Below, piece after piece: positions 56,412 to 64,000 of a stretch of 64,000 nucleotides of DNA. The position numbers and the translations under genes are program-made. The DNA is from a virus: the IMG/VR virus record IMGVR_UViG_3300028394_002659. One strand, 5' to 3'. Each line of letters opens with the position of its first letter. Position 1 is the stretch's first letter. The notes beneath the pieces were generated by a model that saw only the letters and a list, made by a program, of their open reading frames with translations, ran no database searches and had not been told where the DNA came from.

Positions 56412-57281
56412 CTATATAATTTCGGGCAAATTAACCAATCCTAATTGCTGTCTAATTTTGGCAACAGGTATATAGAGATCTATCAGTTCTGGCATGTGTA
56501 ATTTTAACAGATCTTGGTGCTTATCTTTTATATGGTGCAATCTCTCAAACCCATTCATTTTGGATCTACGTTTCATCTCGGGCCATGCACGATGGAACTC
56601 TAATATTTTTTCGGGACTGGAGCCGATTGGGTTAGAAACAAAGTAATTAACATCCTGACAAATAAGTTTAAGTACTGGACTGTCTAAATATGCAGACATA
56701 AGTTCGGGAGTGGTTTCAAAAAAACTAGGGTAATGATGATTACCAGTCGCTTGATTCCACTCATGGCTCATAATATGCCCAAGGTCATAACGTATTGCTG
56801 GACGTTTTTTGTAACGACTGATTGCTTCCTCACGGCCGCCCATGACCAGACTATATCCTTGTTGCCCTGCCTGTTCCATTAACCAAAGTTGAAGATATCT
56901 AAAAACTTCGTGACTTTTATACCCTTGATCAATATAAGATCTTGTGCCTTGTGACATAAAACCTAATATGTCAACGTCTAGCACAATAGGGGTAATCTTA
57001 TTTTCAGTACAAAACTTAAACGCCCAAGATATATCCTGGGTGTTAAAATCATCGTTGAATTTCATGATGAATACCCTAAAGTCTATATCTTGTTCTAGCA
57101 AACTGCGACAAATAACTTCACTATCAATCCCACCACTAAACGCAACTGCCATTGGTCGTTTGATTGTTCCAGCAATCAATTGTAGTGCGGCATCAACTTC
57201 TTCTCGCAAAGATGCTACTGGTCTCTGTATTGATCTAAAGGTAATTTCAAAAGGATCTAGAGTATATTCAAAAGCAAGCAT
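56412..57281 (-). CDS. PP-loop (adenine nucleotide alpha-hydrolase-like) protein
   Basis: AVAFSGGIDSEV motif. Confidence 0.65.
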   Translation of the reverse strand: MLAFEYTLDPFEITFRSIQRPVASLREEVDAALQLIAGTIKRPMAVAFSGGIDSEVICRSLLEQDIDFRVFIMKFNDDFNTQDISWAFKFCTENKITPIVLDVDILGFMSQGTRSYIDQGYKSHEVFRYLQLWLMEQAGQQGYSLVMGGREEAISRYKKRPAIRYDLGHIMSHEWNQATGNHHYPSFFETTPELMSAYLDSPVLKLICQDVNYFVSNPIGSSPEKILEFHRAWPEMKRRSKMNGFERLHHIKDKHQDLLKLHMPELIDLYIPVAKIRQQLGLVNLPEII

Positions 57282-57283
57282 CT

Positions 57284-57493
57284 TTAACTGTGTAAGAATT
57301 CGTTCAGGCGGTCAACTGCCTCGTTGAAGTCCACTGCCCAAACCCGTGCCTCTAATATGTTGCCTGTGATCTGCATGTCAAACGGTATGACACCGCGAAA
57401 GCCAAAATCATCTGGAAGTTCGGTAGTGACTGTAAATTCCTGTAAATTCTTTGCCCTAAAGATCAAGTTAGTGGCCATGTCGACTGAGTTCAT
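57284..57493 (-). CDS. Hypothetical protein
   Basis: AAGGAG RBS; ATGA coupling. Confidence 0.65.
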   Translation of the reverse strand: MNSVDMATNLIFRAKNLQEFTVTTELPDDFGFRGVIPFDMQITGNILEARVWAVDFNEAVDRLNEFLHS

Positions 57494-57729
57494 TTATACT
57501 CCTTAATATCCTTGTGCTTGACAATGATAAAGTTATATATCTGATTATCGAACCGGATAGGTAAATCTAGGTGTATAGTAATCTCAGGACCATCACGATG
57601 GTTGAGCAAACGATCGTTACCAACCGTGCCCACAAACGGTATCTTGTTCCACTTACCAAACACACGATCGCCTATATCCCATACGGCTTGGTAGCCTATA
57701 CGGTCAAAGTAATCAGTTTGATTGCCCAT
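57490..57729 (-). CDS. Hypothetical protein (SH3-like IGDRVFGKW)
   Basis: Likely start MGNQTDYF at 57729. Confidence 0.6.
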   Translation of the reverse strand: MGNQTDYFDRIGYQAVWDIGDRVFGKWNKIPFVGTVGNDRLLNHRDGPEITIHLDLPIRFDNQIYNFIIVKHKDIKEYK

Positions 57730-57898
57730 GACTACCCATTTTTTTGCCAGACAGCAACAAGTTTGCCACTGAAACAAACAGGCTCAAACTGCCATATGCC
57801 ATGTCGCCACGAGCAAAGTAATCTGCGGCAACCATCAAACTAACACCTGACACAAAGCCAGAAATAACATCTTGATGTTTTATTATCCATGCGTACAT
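57713..57898 (-). CDS. Small membrane protein
   Basis: Two hydrophobic segments; coupled to neighbours. Confidence 0.55.
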   Translation of the reverse strand: MYAWIIKHQDVISGFVSGVSLMVAADYFARGDMAYGSLSLFVSVANLLLSGKKMGSHGQSN

Positions 57899-58080
57899 TA
57901 TATAAAATCCTTAAACATTTTTTTACGTCCTTCTTCACCAATGTGATAGTCGAACAATTCCCTTGTGCGTTGCAACATAGCACAAGCCATCATCAATTGA
58001 TCTTCACGGTCATCGCACATGAGTATCTGTTGCTCTATTGGACGCATGAGGTCAGTCATGCGTTTTTGAATCTCGCTCAC
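57898..58080 (-). CDS. Hypothetical protein
   Basis: GTGA coupling; fills gap. Confidence 0.6.
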   Translation of the reverse strand: MSEIQKRMTDLMRPIEQQILMCDDREDQLMMACAMLQRTRELFDYHIGEEGRKKMFKDFI

Positions 58081-58286
58081 ATCTTTCTTTCGTGAATCAT
58101 GGATTCAAATGTGTTCCACAAGAGATTGAACTTGCGCTCGTAGTATTCGGCCAATACCTTGAAATCTTCTGTTGCGGAATCTTGATCAATGTACATTTGA
58201 ATGTCAGCAGTGACTTTCCAGCACTCCAAGATCTCTTGCTCTAGATCAAACCGATCTTTTGTTTTCTCAATCATTTCAACTTCCAT
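58077..58286 (-). CDS. Hypothetical protein (DRFDLEQEIL..W)
   Basis: GGAGG RBS before ATG 58286. Confidence 0.65.
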   Translation of the reverse strand: MEVEMIEKTKDRFDLEQEILECWKVTADIQMYIDQDSATEDFKVLAEYYERKFNLLWNTFESMIHERKM

Positions 58287-58422
58287 CGTGGTTCCTCCAT
58301 TCCTTCCTGGCCAGTTTAGCCTCTTCAACAACCCTCTTGCACAAAGTCCATACAGGATGCCAAAAGTATCCTAGTACAAAGCCCCAGACAAACGGTCCTA
58401 ACGCTTGTAAAAAGTCATTCAC
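58276..58422 (-). CDS. 48-aa membrane peptide (not in ORF track): MNDFLQALGPFVWGFVLGYFWHPVWTLCKRVVEEAKLARKEWRNHDGS
   Basis: Manual translation; GTGA-coupled to the upstream gene. Confidence 0.6.
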   Translation of the reverse strand: MNDFLQALGPFVWGFVLGYFWHPVWTLCKRVVEEAKLARKEWRNHDGS

Positions 58423-58643
58423 GTTTCGACTCCAAAATGTTCTTTGATTCTCATACCGTTAGTTTTAGTAATATATCCACAACCAAGTGAATTGGATCTC
58501 TCTGTATCAGCGATCATAGCACATTCTCCAACAATCAACTGGGCCAATTTTTCTAATTTGTGCTGTTGGCGATAACAAGTCATTCCGTTAACAAACTGTA
58601 ATAATTCAGCCTGTTCAGCAAGTTGTTTAGTTAGTTCGTGCAT
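58419..58643 (-). CDS. Small phage protein, paralog A (..LIV.EC...IKEHFG)
   Basis: Start MHELTKQLA with GGAG RBS. Confidence 0.65.
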   Translation of the reverse strand: MHELTKQLAEQAELLQFVNGMTCYRQQHKLEKLAQLIVGECAMIADTERSNSLGCGYITKTNGMRIKEHFGVET

Positions 58644-58815
58644 GTTGACTCCATTTGATATATCCACCATTGGTCTCACTCCACGGACAATATTGTTCCC
58701 ATAGTGCTTGGCCTGTGTCAGGATTTTCTTTCATCAATCGGTCTATGCCGGGTCGAGTCGTATATCCGTCCAAACTCCAGTTGTGATTTTTCAGTGCAGT
58801 TTCAAGTTCGGTCAT
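58627..58815 (-). CDS. Hypothetical protein
   Basis: ATGA coupling. Confidence 0.6.
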   Translation of the reverse strand: MTELETALKNHNWSLDGYTTRPGIDRLMKENPDTGQALWEQYCPWSETNGGYIKWSQHARTN

Positions 58816-59042
58816 GGTTCAAGTCCAAAATGTTCTTTAATTCTCATGCCGTTTGTTTTGGTAATATATCCACAACCAACTGAATTGGATCTCTCCGTAT
58901 CGGAAATCTCAGCACATTCTTGCACAATCAATCGGGCGAATTTCTCAATATCAAAGTGCTCGTCAATCATGAATGTTCTGTTGCCATACACTTGATTCCA
59001 GGCACCGCACTCACGTGCAAATTTTTCTATGCGTTGGTTCAT
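58812..59042 (-). CDS. Small phage protein, paralog B (..LIV.EC...IKEHFG)
   Basis: C-terminal ~39 aa nearly identical to 58419-58643. Confidence 0.7.
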   Translation of the reverse strand: MNQRIEKFARECGAWNQVYGNRTFMIDEHFDIEKFARLIVQECAEISDTERSNSVGCGYITKTNGMRIKEHFGLEP

Positions 59043-60316
59043 TACTCAGCCTCGTCATAGTAAGCATATTGACCCCAAGGTGGTTCAATGGTTGTGGTAC
59101 CATGCAAGATCCAAACAGTATCTGCATAGTTCTCATCGCCCCATGAACCAAAAGGGTAGCCGTCTGTGAACACAACCAGTCGCTTGGGTTCAATTTCATT
59201 GTCCTTCAAATACTTGAAGATACAATCAAAGTCAGTGCCACCGCCACCTGTTACTTCGTAGTCGCAGATGTCCTCCAGGTTGTCTGAGTCGTATTGTGCA
59301 GGGTTGTATGCATCAGTATCAAACGTGATAACATGAATACGATATGCAGGGAACGAGTCCATAATACCTTGGATCTCACCCAAGAAGTCCTTCAACATCT
59401 TTTCTGAGATTGAGCCCGAAGCGTCCAGTGCAATAGCAATATCAATCATGGGATCCAGTTTCATACCGGGCATGACCGCATCCATGTGCCAACCTTTACG
59501 GCTGGCTCGCATCCAGGTGTAGTCACTCTTGATGGTGGATTCCAATTGCATACGCAACAATTCACGCCAGTTCATCTTGGGCTCGGTCATGTCTTGTATA
59601 AGACGCTTGACACCTGCTGGGATATTGCCTGCACCATCCACTGTAGCGGCTGCCGCCAACATGGCTTCTTTGATCTCGTCGCGGATTTGTTGGCGCTCTT
59701 CAGGTGTTAGTTTAGGACGACCTTTGCCTTCTTGGTCGCCATCGCCACCATCAGCAGGATCGCCCTCACCATCCATGTGCTCGTCAATCATCTTGTCCAA
59801 CAAGTCACTGATGTTGATCTTTTCTGCTTTCTCGTACAACTGGTCGTAGATTTCTTCTGAACTCATGCCGTCATACTTGCGATCAAACAGGCAAGGCACT
59901 GTGGTAATCATCTCACCTACCTTGTGTTTGACCAAATCTTGGTTGACAGCAAAGTCATTGGCAATATTAAACAACTGTGGGTCGCGATTGCCGCGACGTC
60001 CAAAGTGATCATAAACACAATGCAGGACCTCGTGTCCAAACAAGAATTCAATCTCTTTGGGCTTGAGCATTTTAATAAAGCGGCTATTGTAATAGAAGTT
60101 TCTGCCGTCTGTTGCGGCAGTGGCACACCACTCGTCTGCGTTTACCAGTTTCAAACGAGTAGCAAGATTGCCAAAGAATGAAGCCTTGAGCAACAGGCCC
60201 ACACGGGCAGTGATCAACATTTCACGCACAATTTTGTCGAGTTTTGGGTCCATGGGTCCAATAAGATCTTTGAACTTATCAGACTCTTTTTTGTTAGTAG
60301 TAGTAGCGGTAGTCAC
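59042..60316 (-). CDS. DUF2201-type metallopeptidase-like plus vWA domain protein
   Basis: TAATDG, GHEVLH (HExxH), IALDASGSIS (MIDAS), GGGGTDF, VFTDGY. Confidence 0.9.
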   Translation of the reverse strand: MTTATTTNKKESDKFKDLIGPMDPKLDKIVREMLITARVGLLLKASFFGNLATRLKLVNADEWCATAATDGRNFYYNSRFIKMLKPKEIEFLFGHEVLHCVYDHFGRRGNRDPQLFNIANDFAVNQDLVKHKVGEMITTVPCLFDRKYDGMSSEEIYDQLYEKAEKINISDLLDKMIDEHMDGEGDPADGGDGDQEGKGRPKLTPEERQQIRDEIKEAMLAAAATVDGAGNIPAGVKRLIQDMTEPKMNWRELLRMQLESTIKSDYTWMRASRKGWHMDAVMPGMKLDPMIDIAIALDASGSISEKMLKDFLGEIQGIMDSFPAYRIHVITFDTDAYNPAQYDSDNLEDICDYEVTGGGGTDFDCIFKYLKDNEIEPKRLVVFTDGYPFGSWGDENYADTVWILHGTTTIEPPWGQYAYYDEAE

Positions 60317-60345
60317 GGGCTGTTCCTTTTGTTGTTTATGTGTAT

Positions 60346-60374
60346 ATTATAACAGATCACGATTTATTGGTCAA
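60346..60374 (-). promoter_or_regulatory. Early sigma70 promoter TTGACC-17-TATAAT
   Basis: Upstream of the vWA gene; one of five copies. Confidence 0.8.
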
Positions 60375-60388
60375 GTAGTACTTGGGTA

Positions 60389-60718
60389 CTATGACACAGG
60401 GTGACTCAACAAGAACCAACTGAGTTCTTTGTCTGTTGCAACATAGATTCGGTAGTCATTGTATTTGGCACTGAAGGACCAAGTGGAGTTGATGTCATCC
60501 GGCTCAAATTCTTCCTCATGATGTTGTCGGGTACGAAGCAGTTCACTTCGAACTTCCACGTCTTGACCCCATCCATAGGTTGTGGTGAACCAACGTCGGG
60601 CACGATCAAAACTCAACACTCCTGTGCCAATCCAGTGTCCTTTTGAAAACTCAATCATGTACTGGTAGGCGGTATGATGACTGTACCTTGCATCTAATTT
60701 TATAACTTTGTATTTCAT
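60389..60718 (-). CDS. Hypothetical protein
   Basis: 109-aa ORF between the AAA and vWA genes. Confidence 0.7.
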   Translation of the reverse strand: MKYKVIKLDARYSHHTAYQYMIEFSKGHWIGTGVLSFDRARRWFTTTYGWGQDVEVRSELLRTRQHHEEEFEPDDINSTWSFSAKYNDYRIYVATDKELSWFLLSHPVS

Positions 60719-60726
60719 ACCTGGAG

Positions 60727-60779
60727 AAGAAAAGGGGCCATGTGTCCACAGCCCGTGTATTTAATCCACACGACCCCTT
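60727..60779 (-). terminator. Large-loop hairpin/terminator-like element after the AAA gene
   Basis: AAGGGGUCGUGUG/CACAUGGCCCCUU 13-bp stem (2 GU pairs), 22-nt loop, U-rich 3' end (CCCCUUUUCUU). Confidence 0.5.
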
Positions 60780-60783
60780 AAAC

Positions 60784-61866
60784 TTAGGCCGACGCCTGCA
60801 AGATGTACTTGCCAAAGCGTTGGTGAAACTCGTCAAAGTTCTTCAACTTGGTTGGGAGGAAGGGCAAGTCGTATGTGGTCAATGCAATACGAGCACCCAT
60901 CACAGTCAACTCTGTCTCAAAGTTCTTCATCATGTAGCCCAGGAAGTTATCGGCCATCTCATGGAACTTTTTGTCTTCCACTTTGTTCTCCACTGCACCC
61001 TTCAACTCATAGCACATGGAGATTACCAGGCTGTACATGGCTGACACTTCTTTGACATTCAAGTCTTTGACTTTGCCGTTCAAGATGTCTGTAGGGTTAG
61101 GCATGCGGCCGGCAACCTTTTTATGGGCCATAAACTTCACTGCCAACCCTTCACCCACAGTACCTGCAATCAAGTTCATTATGGTGTCGTCGTCATCGCC
61201 TTCGTCAAGTAACTGGCTCACAAAGGTCCACGAACGTGGTGTAGCAAATGCACGGCTGGCACTCTTGGCATCAAAGTCGTACAAGTCTTGCTTGGCAAAA
61301 CTCAAGTAACCGACCACGTCCTTGTGGATACGGTTGTTCACCGCCCACTCTTGCCATGATGCAAAGTCCACTTTCATCTCTTGGTGGATGAAACGGTTTG
61401 CCAGCGGAGTCGGCATTCTATAAGTAACGCCTTTGTCGCTTTCACGGTTACCTGCGGCAACCATCACAACATTGTCGGGTAATTTATACTTGCCAATGCG
61501 TCGATTCAAAATAAGTTGATAAGCGGCACTCTGGACAGACGGTGCGGCACTGTTAAGTTCATCCAAGAACAAAATTACAATAGGGTAGTCCTTGGACATT
61601 TCTTCATCGGGCAGTTCCACAGGAGGAGCCCAATCCATCTTGCCAATGTCCTTGTTGTAGAACGGAATACCACGGATGTCTGTGGGTTCCATCTGACCCA
61701 GGCGCAGGTCAATCATCAAGCCACCAAGTTCCCGGGCAATGCCTTCAACCAGTTCACTCTTGCCAATGCCGGGAGGACCCCACAAGAACAAAGGACGTTT
61801 TACTTTGAATGCTTTGAGCAAAGATTTTTTTGCTTGAAGCGCGGTAACGGTGCGGGATTCTGACAT
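60784..61866 (-). CDS. MoxR-like AAA+ ATPase
   Basis: WGPPGIGKS (Walker A), ILFLDELN (Walker B), AAGNR, PLANRF, FATPRSW. Confidence 0.92.
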   Translation of the reverse strand: MSESRTVTALQAKKSLLKAFKVKRPLFLWGPPGIGKSELVEGIARELGGLMIDLRLGQMEPTDIRGIPFYNKDIGKMDWAPPVELPDEEMSKDYPIVILFLDELNSAAPSVQSAAYQLILNRRIGKYKLPDNVVMVAAGNRESDKGVTYRMPTPLANRFIHQEMKVDFASWQEWAVNNRIHKDVVGYLSFAKQDLYDFDAKSASRAFATPRSWTFVSQLLDEGDDDDTIMNLIAGTVGEGLAVKFMAHKKVAGRMPNPTDILNGKVKDLNVKEVSAMYSLVISMCYELKGAVENKVEDKKFHEMADNFLGYMMKNFETELTVMGARIALTTYDLPFLPTKLKNFDEFHQRFGKYILQASA

Positions 61867-61896
61867 GGGCTGTGCCTTTCAAGTTAATAAGTCTAT

Positions 61897-61925
61897 ATTG
61901 TAGCAGATGTTGATTTTGTGGTCAA
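61897..61925 (-). promoter_or_regulatory. Early sigma70 promoter TTGACC-17-TACAAT
   Basis: Upstream of the AAA gene. Confidence 0.75.
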
Positions 61926-62092
61926 CTGTTTATTGTTGTAAAAGGGCTGAGAACTTCTTCAGGTTCTTGTGCCTCTGGCTTCTCGTAAACCCAAGATACT
62001 GGGATTTCAAGTTCACGGGCAATGTCCATTGCAGTCCGGCCCTTCTCCAGCAAGTACCGGATATCCAAATCAAGTTCGCTCATTCTGCTCAT
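61922..62092 (-). CDS. 56-aa helix-turn-helix protein (not in ORF track)
   Basis: MSRMSELDLDIRYLLEKGRTAMDIARELEIPVSWVYE...; HTH pattern; ATGA-coupled, GGAG RBS. Confidence 0.7.
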   Translation of the reverse strand: MSRMSELDLDIRYLLEKGRTAMDIARELEIPVSWVYEKPEAQEPEEVLSPFTTINS

Positions 62093-62361
62093 GCTGTCTC
62101 CCTGTCCATGATGTAAGTGAATAAAATAAATTTTGCACGGTTCAGAGTCAAACGCTGGTCTTCCAAGATGTTAGCAAGGTTGTCGCTGTTGTGAGGACCA
62201 TAAGCCACCATCTCTTGGCTATCGCTCATTAGCCCGGCTACCATCATGGCAGGTCCTGACGTACGAAATGTGATGCTACGTTCCACACTCTCGCGAAGTT
62301 CGACTTCGGTAACACCATACATGCGAACTTCACGTTTTTGGCTTTCAGTCAGTTGTTTCAA
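62089..62361 (-). CDS. Hypothetical protein
   Basis: AAGGAG RBS, TTG start. Confidence 0.7.
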   Translation of the reverse strand: MKQLTESQKREVRMYGVTEVELRESVERSITFRTSGPAMMVAGLMSDSQEMVAYGPHNSDNLANILEDQRLTLNRAKFILFTYIMDRETA

Positions 62362-62391
62362 TTTAGGCTCCTTTTGTGTCTGTATGTGTAT

Positions 62392-62420
62392 ATTATAGCA
62401 AATCGGTAATTATCGGTCAA
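62392..62420 (-). promoter_or_regulatory. Early sigma70 promoter TTGACC-17-TATAAT
   Basis: Exact spacing. Confidence 0.8.
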
Positions 62421-62650
62421 CCAATTGCTTTGACTAGTCCTGTGAGCCCGATTGCCAGTGCAACAATGTTTACCAGTAACTGTGGGCGATTTGCAACACG
62501 GATTGACCATGCCATGAACAGTATAGTTCCCAGGAAAAATGCAAGAATGTTCCAAGGGTAGGCCGCAGGGCCCACGGCGTTGAGACTGTGGCCTGCAATG
62601 ATAAACACTGCCCCGGTCCACTGTAGTATTTCGTTAATTTCTAATTTCAT
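62417..62650 (-). CDS. Small multi-pass membrane protein
   Basis: Three hydrophobic segments (LQWTGAVFIIAG, YPWNILAFFLG, QLLVNIV). Confidence 0.7.
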   Translation of the reverse strand: MKLEINEILQWTGAVFIIAGHSLNAVGPAAYPWNILAFFLGTILFMAWSIRVANRPQLLVNIVALAIGLTGLVKAIG

Positions 62651-62656
62651 GTTATG

Positions 62657-62685
62657 ATTATAACCGATCTTGAATATTTGGTCAA
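62657..62685 (-). promoter_or_regulatory. Early sigma70 promoter TTGACC-17-TATAAT
   Basis: Exact spacing; ATG 6 nt after the -10. Confidence 0.8.
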
Positions 62686-62688
62686 GTC

Positions 62689-62718
62689 AAAAAAAAGCCC
62701 TACACGCAGTAGGGCTTT
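62689..62718 (-). terminator. Rho-independent terminator
   Basis: aaagccctac-acgca-gtagggcttt stem with an A8 run (U8 on the minus strand). Confidence 0.85.
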
Positions 62719-62740
62719 GGTAGTACTAAAGTATTACTTT

Positions 62741-63346
62741 TTACATAGTGGGTCCGTTACCGCTCTTAAACCCTAATACACCACCTTCTGCTTCGATGCG
62801 TTTATATACATCTTCCAACAAGATTGGTGCAAAGTCTGTCTGCTCCACGCATACACAATGATAGCGAGAGTCAATCTCATTGCCGTATAATACAGTTCCG
62901 GCCTTGGCATCAACACCACGTGCCTTCTTCACACGACTGGCATGCAAGTGTCCGTGTATGTTTACACCAAAGCGGCCCAATGAAGCCTCATGCACAGGGA
63001 TATGACTCAAGATCATTCCGTTCATCACATGGTATGCACGTAACTCACGAAAGTATTCGCGGTACTCGTCATCACGGAAGATGTCGTGATTGCCACGGAT
63101 CAATACTTTGTCCCCGTTCAACCTGGCCAATGTCTTCAAGGCCTTGCGGTTGATAACAACATCACCCAAGTGATACACCTTGTCGTTTGGACGAACACGA
63201 TCGTTCCAGTTTTTGATCATGGCCTCGTCCATCTCGGCAGGATCAGTCCATGGCCGTAATTTCACTTCAGGATCGTCAGGGTGTGTGAAGTGACAGACGC
63301 CGGCGTGTCCGAAGTGTGTGTCACTGACTAAAAATACTGCTGGCAT
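62741..63346 (-). CDS. Calcineurin-like metallophosphoesterase
   Basis: SDTHFGH, HLGDV, RGNHD, LSH, HGHLH; start MPAVFL at 63346 with AAGGAG RBS. Confidence 0.92.
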   Translation of the reverse strand: MPAVFLVSDTHFGHAGVCHFTHPDDPEVKLRPWTDPAEMDEAMIKNWNDRVRPNDKVYHLGDVVINRKALKTLARLNGDKVLIRGNHDIFRDDEYREYFRELRAYHVMNGMILSHIPVHEASLGRFGVNIHGHLHASRVKKARGVDAKAGTVLYGNEIDSRYHCVCVEQTDFAPILLEDVYKRIEAEGGVLGFKSGNGPTM

Positions 63347-63371
63347 CTTGTGCTCCTTTCTGTAATTGTTA

Positions 63372-63400
63372 ATTATAGCATTTTGGGAATATCTGGTCAA
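63372..63400 (-). promoter_or_regulatory. Early sigma70 promoter TTGACC-17-TATAAT
   Basis: Exact spacing. Confidence 0.8.
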
Positions 63401-63406
63401 GTAGTA

Positions 63407-63883
63407 CTAAGTTATTACTTCTTGCCAGGTATGATCACCCATGTACTTGACCTGCATTAGGTACTGGTAATCTTCTGGCACGCCAGTGTTCCAATCGTCG
63501 GGTCCAGTAAGTACCAGTAGATTTTTGTTATGCCTCTTGTGCCATACCAACCAATAGCAATGACCCATCACGATCTGAAAACTGTATTCTGCGGCATATA
63601 CTGCATCAGTAACATCCAGTCTACGTCGAATGTCATCCGCTTGGCGTTGCAGTACTGTGACCAATTCCATTATGCGATCGTATTCCTGCTGGGCATACAT
63701 CCTGGCATGGTTGATCATCAAGTCCTTTTGCTTCTCAACAGGCACAAGATCAAATGTAGGACCTAGTGTGCTGGTAGCGTAAGGTGTTACATTTCTGTTG
63801 AAAAAATGTACTAGAGTATTGCCAGTGGTGACATCAAAACTTTCACGGCCCTTGGCTGAGTTTGGCTGATCAGAATCCGCCAT
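63407..63883 (-). CDS. DUF2452-like protein
   Basis: QEYDRI.E....LQ.QA..I..R......VY.A.Y.F....G..YWL pattern; start MADSDQ at 63883 (AAGGA RBS). Confidence 0.55.
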   Translation of the reverse strand: MADSDQPNSAKGRESFDVTTGNTLVHFFNRNVTPYATSTLGPTFDLVPVEKQKDLMINHARMYAQQEYDRIMELVTVLQRQADDIRRRLDVTDAVYAAEYSFQIVMGHCYWLVWHKRHNKNLLVLTGPDDWNTGVPEDYQYLMQVKYMGDHTWQEVIT

Positions 63884-64000
63884 ATTCCTTGAAGCGACGA
63901 CGTGGTTCGATGTCCAACTGCTTGTACAGATACTCACGACCGATCAACCGGTGTTCGATCTCTTTGAGAGCCGTGACTACTGCACTGTGTTTAGGACCAT
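63870..64000 (-). CDS. 3' end of a gene truncated by the window (..GPKHSAVVTALKEIEHRLIGREYLYKQLDIEPRRRFKEYGGF*)
   Basis: Open frame from the window edge to TGA at 63870. Confidence 0.5.
   Translation of the reverse strand, partial: GPKHSAVVTALKEIEHRLIGREYLYKQLDIEPRRRFKEYGGF

Noticed and set aside
1-64000. tRNA, rRNA, integrase or transposase
   Set aside because: None was recognisable, and intergenic gaps are too short for most RNA genes; not verified by a covariance search.

Overview
The window is part of a large myovirus-type (T4-like contractile tail) phage genome, densely coding in the standard genetic code. It has three blocks. (1) 1-30.8 kb, + strand, late structural genes: tail-tube initiator/baseplate cap, LysM gp53-like wedge, hub, gp5/VgrG-like spike, an apparently degenerate lysozyme-like protein, gp25, gp6, a 4729-aa baseplate/receptor-binding protein with a split 7-blade FG-GAP propeller, a tail fibre with a C-terminal chaperone, and a Thr-rich virion protein; several follow TAAATA late-promoter motifs. 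(2) About 31-54 kb, a ~23-kb tailoring cluster: five N-terminal-Twitch radical SAM paralogs, five GT10/GT-B-like paralogs, four GT-A-like proteins, an O-carbamoyltransferase with a 33-aa partner peptide, an amidinotransferase, a DegT aminotransferase and an NDP-sugar epimerase/dehydratase. Together these look like aminoglycoside-like sugar chemistry in a phage, with unknown target (virion glycan, host surface or DNA). This is the best candidate for an undescribed system. (3) 54-64 kb, - strand early region: thyX, a PP-loop protein, many small ORFs, a MoxR AAA+/vWA-metallopeptidase pair and a metallophosphoesterase, driven by repeated TTGACC-17-TATAAT promoters. This block also has an 18-bp palindrome, an unlisted HTH gene, and a 3'-UTR hairpin whose loop is antisense to the start regions of both the AAA and vWA genes. 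All family calls come from motif recognition by eye; no searches were run.
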